Assembly (NCBI GenBank): GCA_002269645.1
Contig: NIVC01003840.1
Location: 1 to 64,000 of the forward strand
Source of the DNA: Macrostomum lignano
Taxonomy: Eukaryota
Direction: 5' to 3'
Length of the DNA: 64,000 nucleotides
In this document: one piece after another, positions 11,355-23,735 of the stretch
Numbering within the stretch: the first letter of the stretch is position 1
Layout of the letters: every line of letters begins with the position of its first letter
Notes under the pieces: generated by a model
Told to the model about the DNA's origin: nothing
The model's database searches: none
What the model saw: the letters and a program-made list of their open reading frames with translations, nothing else
Translations under genes and position numbers: made by a program

Positions 11355-12650
11355 ATGATGAGTTGGCGGATCAACTGTTTACCTGCAGCTGTCGTACTAC
11401 TCATAGGCGGATGTTTAATGGGTAAGTTTTCCGCAACATAATTTAAATTTATCTTGTATTACATGCTCTGCTCTTTATTAATTAGTATGTTTCCTGAGTT
11501 ATAAAATACTTCAGATTCTGTTTTAGGAATTTTTAATAATCCAGAGATTTAAGACCCCCGAAAACCCCCCTATTATAGCGACGAAATTATAATCCTATAT
11601 TAGTATTAAAATCGCAGATATTACTTATTTGTCTATTTCATAAACCTACACTACGAGTAAAACAAGTCTTCAGCAGTTGTCCTGTCCACCCTTCCGGCTG
11701 CATCTCTTGTCCTGGACAGGGACTTCAGCTAGCTCTGGGCTCAGATTAGAAAGCCCTGGCCCGAGGGCCTTGGGGCCCACAGCCTCAGCATTTATTGGCC
11801 TGAACTTCAATAGATTGCTCAGACTTTCATTGAAGATTAGGTCAGTAAGTTCATCCAGTGTTTTTTTAAAAATCCTCTCAGCACTAAACTCCCGCCATTC
11901 CTTTTCTTCTGGTGCAACGAAAACCAAGGATTTTAGATGCTGACCAAATTTTCAAGTAGGCCTTGTCGCCAATTCATGCTATTACGATTCTGCTGCATTG
12001 AAATTCCCAGCTAACTTTTACGTAGGAACTACGTACATGTAGAGTTACCAGCAGTGCAATATAAAACGCCAAGAAATTCTTCGAAAAGTATTTTCCTCTA
12101 TGCTTATACCTATAACTTCTGATCAATTTTAGGCGGCGTCTGTTCGAAAGATTATAAAGGGTAAGACTTGCAATGTCTTTATTAGCCACTACCTTTTTAT
12201 TTTTAAATTAGGCATTACTGTATTATTTAACTATCATTATCTCATTCCACTTTAGAGGCAAAAGAGGTTCAGCAGAGCTGCTCAAAGGAGACAAAGTAAA
12301 GGTGTCCGAAAGTCTCAGGCAGTATATGGACAGAGACGGAACCAATTTTAAATATGACGAAGTCACAGTGTGCGAACTAAAGAATTCAGAGCTGCCCTGA
12401 TAAGGTTGACTATTTGGTCAACGTTCCCTTTTCTGAAGTGAGCTCTAAAGCCAGCACGAGATCCCACTGCTGCGAGTCTTCGTGCTGCACTGCTGATGTC
12501 CAATTTGCGTTGAAATTAATAAGTGACGATAGTCGGTCACGCTACACATTACTTGTTGTATCAGTAGTTTTACCCTTTGCCATTTTAATGCTCACCGTTT
12601 TATGCCGACTGTGTGGTGTAAGTCAACGCGAATCTTATGTTTGGGTTTGA
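11355..12650 (+). pseudogene. Small signal peptide + Cys-rich + single-TM (Shisa-like) gene, paralog 1, frameshifted
   Basis: Exon 11355-11421 MMSWRINCLPAAVVLLIGGCLM G|gtaagt; 28-nt microexon 12133-12160; exon 12256-12650 with CPDK..CCESSCC and TM TLLVVSVVLPFAILMLTVLC; frameshift near 12380. Confidence 0.65.
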
Positions 12651-12880
12651 ATTCTCGTAGGGGTAGAGGCATATAGATTTCAGACCGAATATTTATATAA
12701 TGGCAAGAATTCTAGATCCTTAACTTGCGTCCTGAGATCGGGGCAATAGCTTTCAGATTGTCGACTATTCTGGGTTATATATGGCATCACTAGTGCCATA
12801 TACCTGTAGCTACTGTGCTTATCTGGTGTAAATACTTAACAAAGTGAATATAAATCAACTAATTTCCTTTCTTTATGCAG

Positions 12881-13031
12881 CTACTTATATACTGCTGTAG
12901 CGATCCGGATGCGAAAAATGAACGTATTGCCGATTGTTATGGGAATACTTCTAAATTTTGGAAAGATTCATTAACATTTATCCTAATGCATCGGGAAAAT
13001 CTGTTTTGGAAGACAAAAAGTAAAACTGGAG
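12881..13031 (+). other. Possible orphan exon (LLIYCCSDPDAKNERIADCYG...)
   Basis: Open 151-nt frame between ctttatgcag and G|gtaagt; parent gene unresolved. Confidence 0.3.
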
Positions 13032-13651
13032 GTAAGTAAAATAGTATTGTGCGTTCTATTAGTATTTATAACATTAGAATAACATCAGCAGTGCCAAAAG
13101 CCTCTCATAATACCACAACATTCCACCCCCAGCAGCGACATCAACAGCTTCTACTGATGCAAGCAGTTCGCCATAAGCTGCAGAGCTCGCTAATTTGACA
13201 AATGGTCAAACTATACGTATAACCTAAAATTCAGTATTGAACGTACAGCTGAAAAAACTATTTGGAGAAAGTCGACGTATTGCTCCGAAAAAATGTAACG
13301 ACGCTGAAAGCACCGAACCTAATATTGATTTTTATAACGTATACCGAATTTATCACTACTTTAATTTATTTACGAGTATTACTCCACGGCAAAACAAAAT
13401 ACAACTATCCACCTGCACTTTTGCAAGCTCATCTACGAGTATGACGTCGCAAAACAAGTAATTTATTTGTTATTTTTTATACATATATAAGATAACCACT
13501 AAACAAACCTACTTAACCTACTATAATACCTTACAAAACATTATGGTACATTTTGGATAGCTTTTTTAAATGTAAAGGTATCGTATCTATTCATTTAAGC
13601 AAAAAACTTTGATCAATATGAAACTATGAAGCTACATATGTAAGCGTATGA

Positions 13652-13652
<1 letters not shown>

Positions 13653-13692
<40 letters not shown>

Positions 13693-13737
13693 CACAGACA
13701 GACAGACAGACATTCTGACAGACAGACAGACAGTAGA

Positions 13738-13824
<87 letters not shown>

Positions 13825-13836
13825 GTAGAACACTCT

Positions 13837-13868
<32 letters not shown>
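13653..13868. repeat. (GACA)n microsatellite
   Basis: Direct reading of the sequence. Confidence 0.98.
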
Positions 13869-13935
13869 TTCGTTAATTCTTTTAGGTTCACGGAGTCTGG
13901 CAAAAGGTGTAAGCGTAAAAAACGGGGTTGGGGAT

Positions 13936-14307
13936 TTTTTTATTTATTTTTTTTTTTAGAGACAGGGGGGTTGTGTGCACCCTGGCGCACTTTAAGCGAC
14001 ATAGGCACACAACCGGCGAGAGGCATTACTGCCCATTCCGCCGACTCCCCTGAGCAGGCATACAAGCGCGCGGATACGTTACGCAGGCACACACTCACAC
14101 AGGAGTGTACAGCGGCCCTAACTTTATCAATTGTTAGGCATGTACACTTCACTGCGCCTTGAAGGGTTGGCTCTCAAGGCCGTTAATTGCACAAGCGAGC
14201 CAAGCCGAAATTCCAATTCAGCCCCAAATTAATGTGGCTGCACTTGGAATCGAGCCTGGGTCGCGGCACACCAGAGCAGCTGCGCTACCGCTGGGCTACG
14301 GCCCCCC
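13936..14307 (-). mobile_element. tRNA-derived SINE, family A, with A-rich tail and TSD
   Basis: Head GGGGCCGTAGCCCAGCGG (A box) and GGCTCGATTCC (B box); A-rich tail at 13936-13957; GGGGTTGGGGAT at both 13924-13935 and 14308-14319. Confidence 0.85.
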
Positions 14308-14894
14308 GGGGTTGGGGATAATGCAAGAGTTATTGTTCACCTTGTGGCGAATGTCATGAGAAATGAGTTGAATTGAAATTGTGAGAAGTCAATGGCTATT
14401 AGCTCTTGACGAAGAATAATCGAATATAATTGACAGTCAGTCAGTTACACTATTATGTCTAAACTTGCCAGATTATAGGAGTTAGAAATCTGAAGATTTA
14501 ACCATAGTAAACCATAGTAATCTCTCTACCCCAAAATTTACCGCATGGTTACACGCGTACAACTAGGGGACTTTGATTTTTTCATCAAATTTAGGTTATC
14601 TGTGTATATACGCATTCTGTGTATAGCAGTGGAAATTTGAGAAAAGTAAACTTAAGAAAGTAAAACTAACGTAAGCAAAGGACTCGTAGCTACGCTCGCA
14701 TTATACGAATTTTGGTTGAAAAACAGAACTCCCGCTGAACTTTGTTTTCTATGGTAAATGTTGACCTGTTTCAACGAAAATGTTTATTTTAGCTTTTTAT
14801 TCCTAATTTCGAAGTGTAACTCAGCAGTTCTTCATTCGGACTAAAAATATCCTAGCAAAAAGATCGCAGGTACAAAAAAGCGAGCAAAAATTTT

Positions 14895-15768
14895 ATGAAG
14901 AATTGAGAAATTACTCATTTACTGGAATTTATCGCACTGCTCTTTGTCGAACTTTTGACGGGTGAGTTTTTCACTATATTTAAACACATTGCGACGACAA
15001 GGACAACTAAAGCAACGTATATACAGCTGGACGCGACACTCACGTTTCATAGAGAAAGTTTTGGAGGCCACTTTTCGCCGGAAAATACACGGAGATTAGG
15101 AAGTTTTCATTAGGAAGAGATTAGGAAGAGATGATAAAACAACATTCACTAAATTAAATGACGTTGATGATGCTAAACGAGCCACTTTACCTGATACTGT
15201 GATCAGAATACTGTGATTTGAGGTTTTTCAATGCCACTACTGCTTCATTCAACTTCTCACGCATTTTAGGCGCCGACTCGCGTGATTATAAAGGGTAAGA
15301 CCAGGCAGAGGTTCTAGTAGCCACTACCTAATTGTTGCTCTTAAATAAGCGAATACTGCATTTAACAATGCATCACCACCCTTGCTTCATTCAAGATACA
15401 AAAGAGGTTCCGCAGCGCTGCTAAAAAGTCCTAGAACAAAAGTGTCGAATAATCTCAGGCGGTATATGAACAGAGATGGAGCAAATTTCAAATATGAAGA
15501 AGTCACACTGTGCAGATTTTGCACTAATGAGCTGCAGGCCTGCCCAGATAAAATTTATTATTTGATCAACATTTCTTTCTCTGATGTAAACATCCGCAAC
15601 GGCACGAAATCGTTCTGTTGCAGTTCCGAGTGCTGCAACAGTAGCGAATTTAAGAAAGATCTGTCCTATTTTTTAAAGAGAGGCATACTACTAATTGCCC
15701 TTTTTGGTGGTCACCAAACTTTGTACTACTTCAATTTTTTTTTTATTGTATCACGTATGTGTAAATGA
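14895..15768 (+). pseudogene. Shisa-like membrane protein, paralog 2, with TGA at codon 4
   Basis: Exon 14895-14961 is the same length as paralog 1 exon 1 (MKN*EITHLLEFIALLFVELLT G|gtgagt); 25-nt microexon 15270-15294; exon 15396-15768 KRGS..YMNRDGANFKYEEV..CPDK..CCSSECC aligns with paralog 1. Confidence 0.65.
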
Positions 15769-16559
15769 GTTCGAATCATATGTTTATTTATATTTGAATC
15801 AAGCTAGATATATAGAACAAGATACATATAGAATGGCATACGTTTCAGTAAATCGGGTTTTTATGCAATATCTTGTAAATGAACAAAAAGGAAAAACCAT
15901 TAAAACTAAAGTACCAGCTACACGAAAAGAGTTAATCATAAATGTCACAGCTAGTGTAGTTTATCAGTTTGTAGTCGAAATTTGACAATGTAAAAATCAA
16001 TTTGTCACCCAAAGTGAAACATGCACAGTTCTCAAAGCCGCAGTTTCCAAAGATGCTCGACACTTTAGCCTGATGATTTGGCATTGCAAAAGGAGATGGT
16101 CTATGTTGAATGTTTTCTATGAAAGAGAAATACAGGTGCTCAAGTATAGTTGCCGAACTTACCATTTGAAAGATGCACGTCTTGGTTAAGTTGGCATGCG
16201 ACTGATGAGCTTCGTCTGATGAGCTTCTTTGGTACCGCAGTATCCAAGCTGGGATTCTTTGGGACTGTCGGCTGCTCGACTGAATCGATTGGCCGCTTTC
16301 AGGCATCGTTTATAGCCGTCGAGGCGTTGAAGACTGCATGGTCGCGTTTTCTTCCTAGGTAGCGCTGCACGGTTCGTTCAGTCGTCGACAGGAAGATTTT
16401 TTCAATTAATAAGCGCGGCTGTTTGACGAGATGCACTATAGCCATGGTTGTTTGACAAGACAAATAGCTTTTTCTCCCACTACTCGCTTTCCTGATTTCT
16501 GGCAAGACGCAAGCAAAATCAGCACTCATCACAGTGTTGTCTATGGTCAAACTAAGCCA

Positions 16560-17290
16560 CACAACTCAGTCGTCTATGGGTAAAACAACTCTTAAAACAG
16601 CCAATTGAAGCATGATAAAAAGTGTGGAATAATGACAGCGACAAAAGTGTCGAATAATGGCCGCAAAAGTGTGGAATAATGGTAGATTGCGTAGTAGGTA
16701 AGGGGCTGAAATAATGGCCATAGACACTCGTGCGCTACGCAATCTAAAAACACGAGTGCTACGCGCACTCGTGTTTGGCCATTATTTCAGCCCCTTACCT
16801 ACTACGCAACGTCATTGTGTCATGCTGTACGCTCATTATTCCACGCTTAGGAATCATTATTTTAGGCTTCTAAAAATACATTCATGAGACAATGTGTTTG
16901 TGTATATGGTTTTGTCATAGACAATGATAAATTTTAGTCACTCGTGGCTTCGCCACTCGTGAAAAATTTATCATTGTCTACCTCCAAAACCATATACACA
17001 ATCTATCATTGTCTATAAGACACAGCCTGGCCATTATTTCAGCGTGCCGGAAGCGGTCATTATTTCAGGGTAAGAGTCTGCGTGCGTGCGACTGCGTAAA
17101 GAGGGCGGTGGTTGGGCCATAGACTATAAATGAATAAGCTGATGATAGGCTTGAGCTGACGAGAAGTAGCTGAAATAATGGCCAGTTGAGTTTGTCATTA
17201 CGCCAGGCTGTGTCTTCTGGACAATGACTGAGCGCTGAGTGAAAGTATAAATACAATGCTACGCGCACTCGAGTTTTGGCCATTATTCAA
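16560..17290. mobile_element. Palindrome-rich putative non-autonomous DNA element
   Basis: Perfect 34-bp inverted repeat 16687-16720/16776-16809; nested IRs 16899-16914/16985-17000 and 16918-16935/16963-16980; CACTCGTG cores; repeated GGCCATTATT. Confidence 0.6.
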
Positions 17291-18927
17291 CTCAGTTGCA
17301 TACTATACAATCTACCACTGTATGAATAGTGGGAAGAATTCCATGCATTGAGACTATTAAGAGGTAATATTAAATAGTTTATTATCTAATAAATTAATAC
17401 AACAGATCCCACCATAGCTGGTGTAGAGGGTTTCGTGCAAAATCGATAACAGGTGCCAGGCGGTGCTTAGCCTTCGGTTTATTTTCGCTAGTGCTTGGGT
17501 TTTTTGAGTGTAGAAAATGCTTGAAGAAAATGCTGGCTTTGATACTGTGTATTTTTGGCTTTCCTGAAATTTATAGAATCGTTTTTGCTAAAAATAGATC
17601 ATATAGATACCTACCTACCTACCGACAAACCAATTTTAGCATATGAAAATCGAATTCTATAGTTAGTTTATAGTACGTCCGTACGGTATTCATATTGCGT
17701 ATGATCATAAATTACAGTAATTAAATATATGTTTGCCAGTCGTTGATTTTTTACGGGAACCGTCTATCCATTTTTTTCAAATTAGCTTTCAAAATTGTTC
17801 ATTTTTGGCGATCATGCATACAGTTTTGATGAAAAATTCGAATGGGAAGTGGGCCAACTATTCGAAAAACTATTTTTAATGCTTTTAATGGCGCTCTGTT
17901 TCACGATTTATTTCTTCAGTTCGACCATCTAGGTTTCGCCTTGGTCAATTTACAGTGTAAAATGTACATTCACAATAAAGCTAAGGAGTTTACGACCCTT
18001 TGTGGCGTTGATTGAATTTTATCGCTTACCAACCAGTCTGATAGACGATGGATGAAAGAGTGGGTGCATGGGGGGTTTAAAAGCTGGCCTGAAATTTAAC
18101 AACCCCCTAAACTGCTCTGATCTTGTTTGTTTTGTTTCATTTTATGAATACAACACAAGGTGGCGAAGTTGCAGATGAGGGCAATAGCTAATGGGCCCAA
18201 TTAATTCAAATTAATTTGGCGACTTGGTATATAAAATTTATACCATTGGAAGCGGGTCAAATATCCGAAAAACAAAGTTTTTAGCGCTTTCAGAGAATTT
18301 TTAATTTGAAGGCCCACCATCAGGGTCTTAGTATCGTAGTGTGCTGCTTATATAGCTACTCAGCATCATCGAGAAGTCGCCATCACAGAAGATTCTGTCT
18401 GTGGTCGCCACTTTTGAGAGTGCAGGTAGTCTCTCAATCTTCGCGGGTGACGTAACTTTGCTACGCCGCGGCAGACTAGCTTGAGTTGAGGAATGAAGTG
18501 GGGGATGTGCGAGGGCTTTGTTGGACGGATTAAAGCTACCCCGATCAGTTTCTCGTATCTTATATTTCAGAATAGTCCAAGAGAAATTGCTCACTGGCGC
18601 ATCGAGTGGCGACTTTTCAATGTTTCTGAGTAAATATAAAATTTCGAACAGTGAAAAATTTGATTTGGAAGTAGGTCAACTATTTAAAAGACGATTTTTT
18701 ATGCTTTCAATATTTGAATTCTGAAGTTTAATCATGCCCCCATGGGTGCTTAATGCGCTAGTAGGAACTATTTTTGTCATAAGTGATCGATATATTTTAT
18801 TGTCTATGGTGTATCATCATACTTCATGCATATATTACTTTGTCAATATTAAAATTCTAAAATACGGATCGAGGCGACTTTTATTGTGTAAAAATATTTT
18901 ATGTTGACGAAAATAACTTCGGACAGA

Positions 18928-19627
18928 ATGAAAAGTCTGCAGAAACTATCTTTGTTCATATGGACGTTGATAACGTACATGTCAAGTATTTCAATCGGTA
19001 AGTATGTTCGCCCTCTTGAATTTAGGTAGATACCAAAATTTTAGTTTTCTTAGGATTATAATTTCATCTCCAAAGGGGTTTTTGAGGGTGCTGATTTTAA
19101 ATTTGAGCTTCATTTTTATGTAGCTTCAACCTAACTGTATATAGCTTAAAGCCAAGGAAGCAAAAGCAAGGAACGGCGCGAATGGAGGCTTTTAGAGGGC
19201 CTTCTTCCACTTCAAGCGTCCTATAGTGAAGGCAATTTTTCCGGAGTCCGTAATTTTTTTGGAATCTGCTGTTATTGTTATAAAATGACTTCAAGCACAC
19301 TATAATTATACATGTTCACTGAGACGAGTTCGCATCTCAAATCGCATGTTCTCAGCCAGTTCAAGAAACGGGCAACGACCGATTGTAGCCTCGGATGAAG
19401 ATGATTTCAAGCCCGACGAGCATCAGCCTGAATCCAGCGATAAAATCATGCTGATCCTGGTTGCCGTTTTCCTTGGCGGTCCAATAGTGATCGCTCTGAT
19501 CACTTGCGCCTTGGCCGTTTGTCTCTGTAAACTGCACGAGAATACCGACAAAGTCAGCGGTGTAAGCTCGAATCTTAATCTTAATGAAATTTCACAAGCT
19601 GGACACTTCAAACGCCATGGAACTTGA
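18928..19627 (+). CDS. Possible third small single-pass membrane protein; middle exons unresolved, may be a pseudogene
   Basis: Signal-like exon 18928-18997 MKSLQKLSLFIWTLITYMSSISI G|gtaagt (phase 1, like the paralogs); downstream TM IMLILVAVFLGGPIVIALITCALAVCLC in ORF 19346-19627. Confidence 0.4.
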
Positions 19628-20634
19628 ATTGATCTCAGCCAGAAAATGCAACATTTTAGCGCCATTTTGACTTCTGTGAGGGAGCATGACCCAAGAGGCA
19701 CTTGACCGTCCCCTGAATAGATCCCAAATTACAGCTAAGAGATGCTCTTAATGTCGGGGCATTGTCCTCCAAACTGGTGGTGTGCCAAAGAGTCATGTGT
19801 TACAAACGAGCGATCTCAGGATGTGAACAGGTACATGTACAGGCCAGGTAGGTTGATTTGGGGGGGGGCACCTCTGCCACACCACCAGTCTAGCTAACCA
19901 TGGCTGATGTAAGGGACTCTTACCAGACTAATGCCGGAGCGGGGTCTTTTGCATCCGGAGATTCTGCAGTGTACATTCAACAGCTGCGCTAATTAATTAG
20001 CATATGCACTTTACTCTCGCATCGTGTAGCTGAGTAATGACCAAACTCGTATGAAAACAATTTCGGGTTTCTCTGCCGGGGGATGGGACTGGGGTTGACT
20101 TTTAATGACTGCGAATTAACCTGCGTGGAGATCGAACAGTGACTTAGGGAGTTAACAAGATTATGATAGCTATAGGGTTGTTCCATTCCAAATGACGGGA
20201 AATCTGGGAAGCGTGATACCGCCTGAACAACGTAGCCTTGAACTGCCTTTGACAAGCAAGCAAATGACGAATGACGTCATCTGCCTGCGCTGTGATTGGC
20301 TAGAAAAAATGAGGTTATAGGTCAAGACCGATCAGAGGGGGTTGCGCAACTATTCACATGGCAAAATGCGACTGGCTTACAGATATAGAGTTCTAAATGG
20401 AGGGGGTCGTTTCATATACATGTAAGACCGAAGTTCACAACGCCGAAAACTATACTGCATGATCTTTAATAAGTAACGATAAGTGTGTTGGGGTTGGTGT
20501 AAATAGAGTGGATGTAAAATGAGTAAGTGGGTGTTAAAGAGGTGGGCTGCAGGGTGTAAAATGATCGAGTGGGGTGGGTGGAGTTATCGTTGAGTTGTCG
20601 GGCGATTAGGTCTTGGGATCCTGGAGTTGGGACC

Positions 20635-20985
20635 ATGCATTTCTTACTGTACTTCTTAATATTGAGAGGAGATTGTTGCGGCCTTACTGCTGATATATCA
20701 ATTTTAATAGATTCTACAGACTCATTTCACTCTGCCGATCGGGCATACCAATTCCAGACACCTCAGGCCAGCACCCAGCCGCCGCAGCGAGTCGCCCTAA
20801 TTCCACCAAAGCCAATAACGGAGAGTCCGAAAGCAGTTCAGCCGGGGAGCGTTCCTGAAGATGAGCAGTCTGCTAGTCAGAAGCCAGCTGATAATGTGCC
20901 ACTTAATCCAGTGGGTTTTGCTGATAATTCTCAAAAGTTTGTGAAATTTTCTGCGGAGGAGAATGCGTCAAAATCGGATAGCTAG
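20635..20985 (+). CDS. Possible small secreted Pro/Ser/Gln-rich protein (116 aa)
   Basis: ATG in gaccATG context; hydrophobic start MHFLLYFLILRGDCCG; coding-like composition; no recognised domain. Confidence 0.35.
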   Translation: MHFLLYFLILRGDCCGLTADISILIDSTDSFHSADRAYQFQTPQASTQPPQRVALIPPKPITESPKAVQPGSVPEDEQSASQKPADNVPLNPVGFADNSQKFVKFSAEENASKSDS

Positions 20986-22530
20986 CTGGAGAACTGAAAA
21001 GCAGCTTGCTGTTGGTCTACATGTAAATTGCGTAATGGTCTTCTGCAATAACAAAGGGTATTTAATTTGTCATGCCTATATAACCTACGATGTAACTAAA
21101 CGCCTGCCTACAGGGCCTGTATTTTAAATTATTACCTAAAGTTTTTTTTAACACGCTAGTCTAATTATTTATAACCATAAAAATGAATTTAGTAAAAAAA
21201 ATAAAAGCAAATATTTTTGCCCTATTTTGGACTTTCGTATTGTGAAATTTCATTTGTTTTTATTATTTTATAAACATATAGCTAGCTAGGACATTATATA
21301 GATGGGGGCTCTAGATACATAAGATTGAGAAAGAAAAGATAGCGCGCACAGTCATCAGATTTAGCTATTTTAATATACACAAAAACATAAAAACAAAAAA
21401 TGAGCTTATGTTTAAAATACACGTGACGTAATTTACTTAATCGTTGTTTCAGCAGGGTGCAATTAGAATAATTTTAAAATAACGCAAATTATTAACGAAA
21501 ACTATAGTATATTTCAATGAACAAAAACGTATTTCACAGTTAGCTATTTGAAGTTTGAACTAAAGTATAGTACTTCGTAAGCTACGAACGCTGCTAACAG
21601 TTCTACATATTTTTGTTTGACTGTACTTACATGGATATACTAATTGCGCGAATTTAACTTCTTGATCCCATGCATTTAGACCTATATTAGTCATATACAT
21701 TCCTTTTTCGACTGAATTCACTGAATTTCGACTGAAATATCTATAAAAATGGATTTATTTAGTATATTTTACAACGTCTCATTATTGATAACATGCTTGG
21801 TGCACATTTCATCATTTTCGGGTAAATTTTACTGTAGCCTACGGTAACTAAAAATATTATAATATTTGTATCTTTAGACTCTATTTAGTTAAGCGTTTAT
21901 TTAAAAGCATGTTAAATTCCGGTTTATTGACTATATGGCTAACTCAAGTAATTCTCGTTTACTTTCGTTTACTTCGAAGTAATTATCGTGATATTGTGCC
22001 TACACTAACTTAAAGAGTATATTATTGTTCAAGTAAAGGATATATATAAAATCCTGTCAAGCTAAAAAAGAACACAAAATAATTAAATTACCACTAGATA
22101 GATATAATTGCCTTACTGTAGGTATAAATAATTGCTGTACAATTATTAAATGTTAACCAGTTGATAGTTAAACAAACTCTTCTAAATTTATCTCTCCATT
22201 CAGTGGCTGCTCAGAAGGAGAAGCTTGAAGTTGAGGAGCCTCGACTTGAAGGCGAAGACCGGCATATTGGACACGGAAGGCACCAATCTGGCGGCCATCA
22301 TCGCGCTCGGGTGAGGTACTCCAGCAGCTATCGTGTGCCGCCGCAACTGCTCCAAAGGAAGGGGTGAGTGCGAAAATTCAAGGGGCTGCTATAATTAACG
22401 TGTAGGTTAAAAGGATGCTATTAGAAGCAGGGCGCATCCTTGCAATGCAGACAATGGAGACGATGTCCGTACTGAGCATCCCAATCCTGAACTAAGCATC
22501 CCCTTCCTTACGTTTTCTCCTAAAAATTTT

Positions 22531-23115
22531 TTGACAATCAATCTTCCAATCACCAGCGGAATCGATTTAGCTAACAAGACGCACCTGATCGAGACCGACA
22601 GCGTGCTAATAATCTACCAGTTAAGACGCCTGATTTACAATCGGAGCACAGAAAATCTTGCCGTTTGCGCTGGCCCAGCAACTGGTCCCAGTTTGTCTTC
22701 GAATCGGACTCAATCGTTCAACTATTTTGCCTGCCCAGCAGAAATTGGAGGTACCAAATTAACCAACTCTGTTAACGACGAACGATCAGACGTGGCTTCA
22801 TATTGCTGCGGCTCCGCACCGTCGCAGACTTGCTGCGACAAAGAGACATTCTATCGGACCTATGGTCATCCAGTACCTCCTTCGATGGTTGTCATTGGCG
22901 TCTCTGCCGCTGCTGGGATGATTGTATTAGCATTGCTCACTGCAGTTTTGTTCTGCATCAAACGACCAATTCGAAGGGACTCAACGGTTAGCAAAGTTAA
23001 TAAAAAAGCAGCAAAGTCGGATTTCGCTGGGACACCGCTGATTCTTACTGCGGGCCCGTTGACGGACAGCCTCGGCTCGGTCTATGCGACAAGTCAGCAG
23101 TGCCCGGCAGACTAG
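22531..23115 (+). CDS. Shisa-like single-pass membrane protein; 5' end uncertain
   Basis: YFACP...YCCGS...TCC followed by TM MVVIGVSAAAGMIVLALLTAVLFCI and a basic stop-transfer KRPIRR; possible acceptor gcacag near 22650. Confidence 0.65.
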   Translation: MTINLPITSGIDLANKTHLIETDSVLIIYQLRRLIYNRSTENLAVCAGPATGPSLSSNRTQSFNYFACPAEIGGTKLTNSVNDERSDVASYCCGSAPSQTCCDKETFYRTYGHPVPPSMVVIGVSAAAGMIVLALLTAVLFCIKRPIRRDSTVSKVNKKAAKSDFAGTPLILTAGPLTDSLGSVYATSQQCPAD

Positions 23116-23260
23116 CCCGCTGTCTCACATGTTGACTAATATAGTGATATAACCAATTCGTTGTCTATAGAAATGTACATAAACCAAGTGCTACACTGCG
23201 TTCAATTACGTCAATCGTAAAACGGAAGTGTGCACAGAGAGGGGGATTCAAGGAGACACT

Positions 23261-23495
23261 ACAACCTAGTAGATAGAGACTACAAACTAATAGATAGAGA
23301 CTACAACCTAGTAGATAGAGACTAAAACCTAATAGATAGAGACTACAATCTAGTAGATAGAGACTAAAACCTAGTACATAGAGACTACAATCTAGTAGAT
23401 ATAAACTAAAACCTAATAGATAGAGACTACAACCTAGTAGATAGAGACTACAACCTAGTAGATAGAGGCTACAGCCTACAGAGACTAAAATCTAG
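23261..23495. repeat. 21-bp minisatellite ACAACCTAGTAGATAGAGACT
   Basis: About 11 diverged copies. Confidence 0.9.
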
Positions 23496-23502
23496 TAGAT
23501 CG

Positions 23503-23735
23503 AGGCGCCAGCATAAGAGATAGGGGCGTCAACCTATTAGATATAGGCACCAGAATGAGAGATAGGGGCGTCAACCTATTATATATAGGCGCCAGAATGA
23601 GAGATAGGGGCGTCAACCTATTAGATATAGGCGCCAGAATGAGAGATAGGGGCGTCAACCTATTAGATATAGGCGCCAACATGGGAGATAGAGGCGCCAA
23701 AATGAGAGATAGTGGCGCCAACGTGGGAGATAGTA
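23503..23735. repeat. 42-bp minisatellite containing GGCGCC/GGCGTC
   Basis: 14-aa periodicity (LAPISNRLTPLSLI) in ORF 23485-23784. Confidence 0.9.

Noticed and set aside
14235-14307. tRNA gene
   Set aside because: A and B boxes are present but the acceptor and anticodon stems do not form cleanly; it continues into a body, an A tail and a TSD, so it is a SINE head (same for 59670-59743)
22204-22310. Possible exon between ccattcag and CGG|gtgagg
   Set aside because: Two frames are open and neither links convincingly to a neighbouring gene
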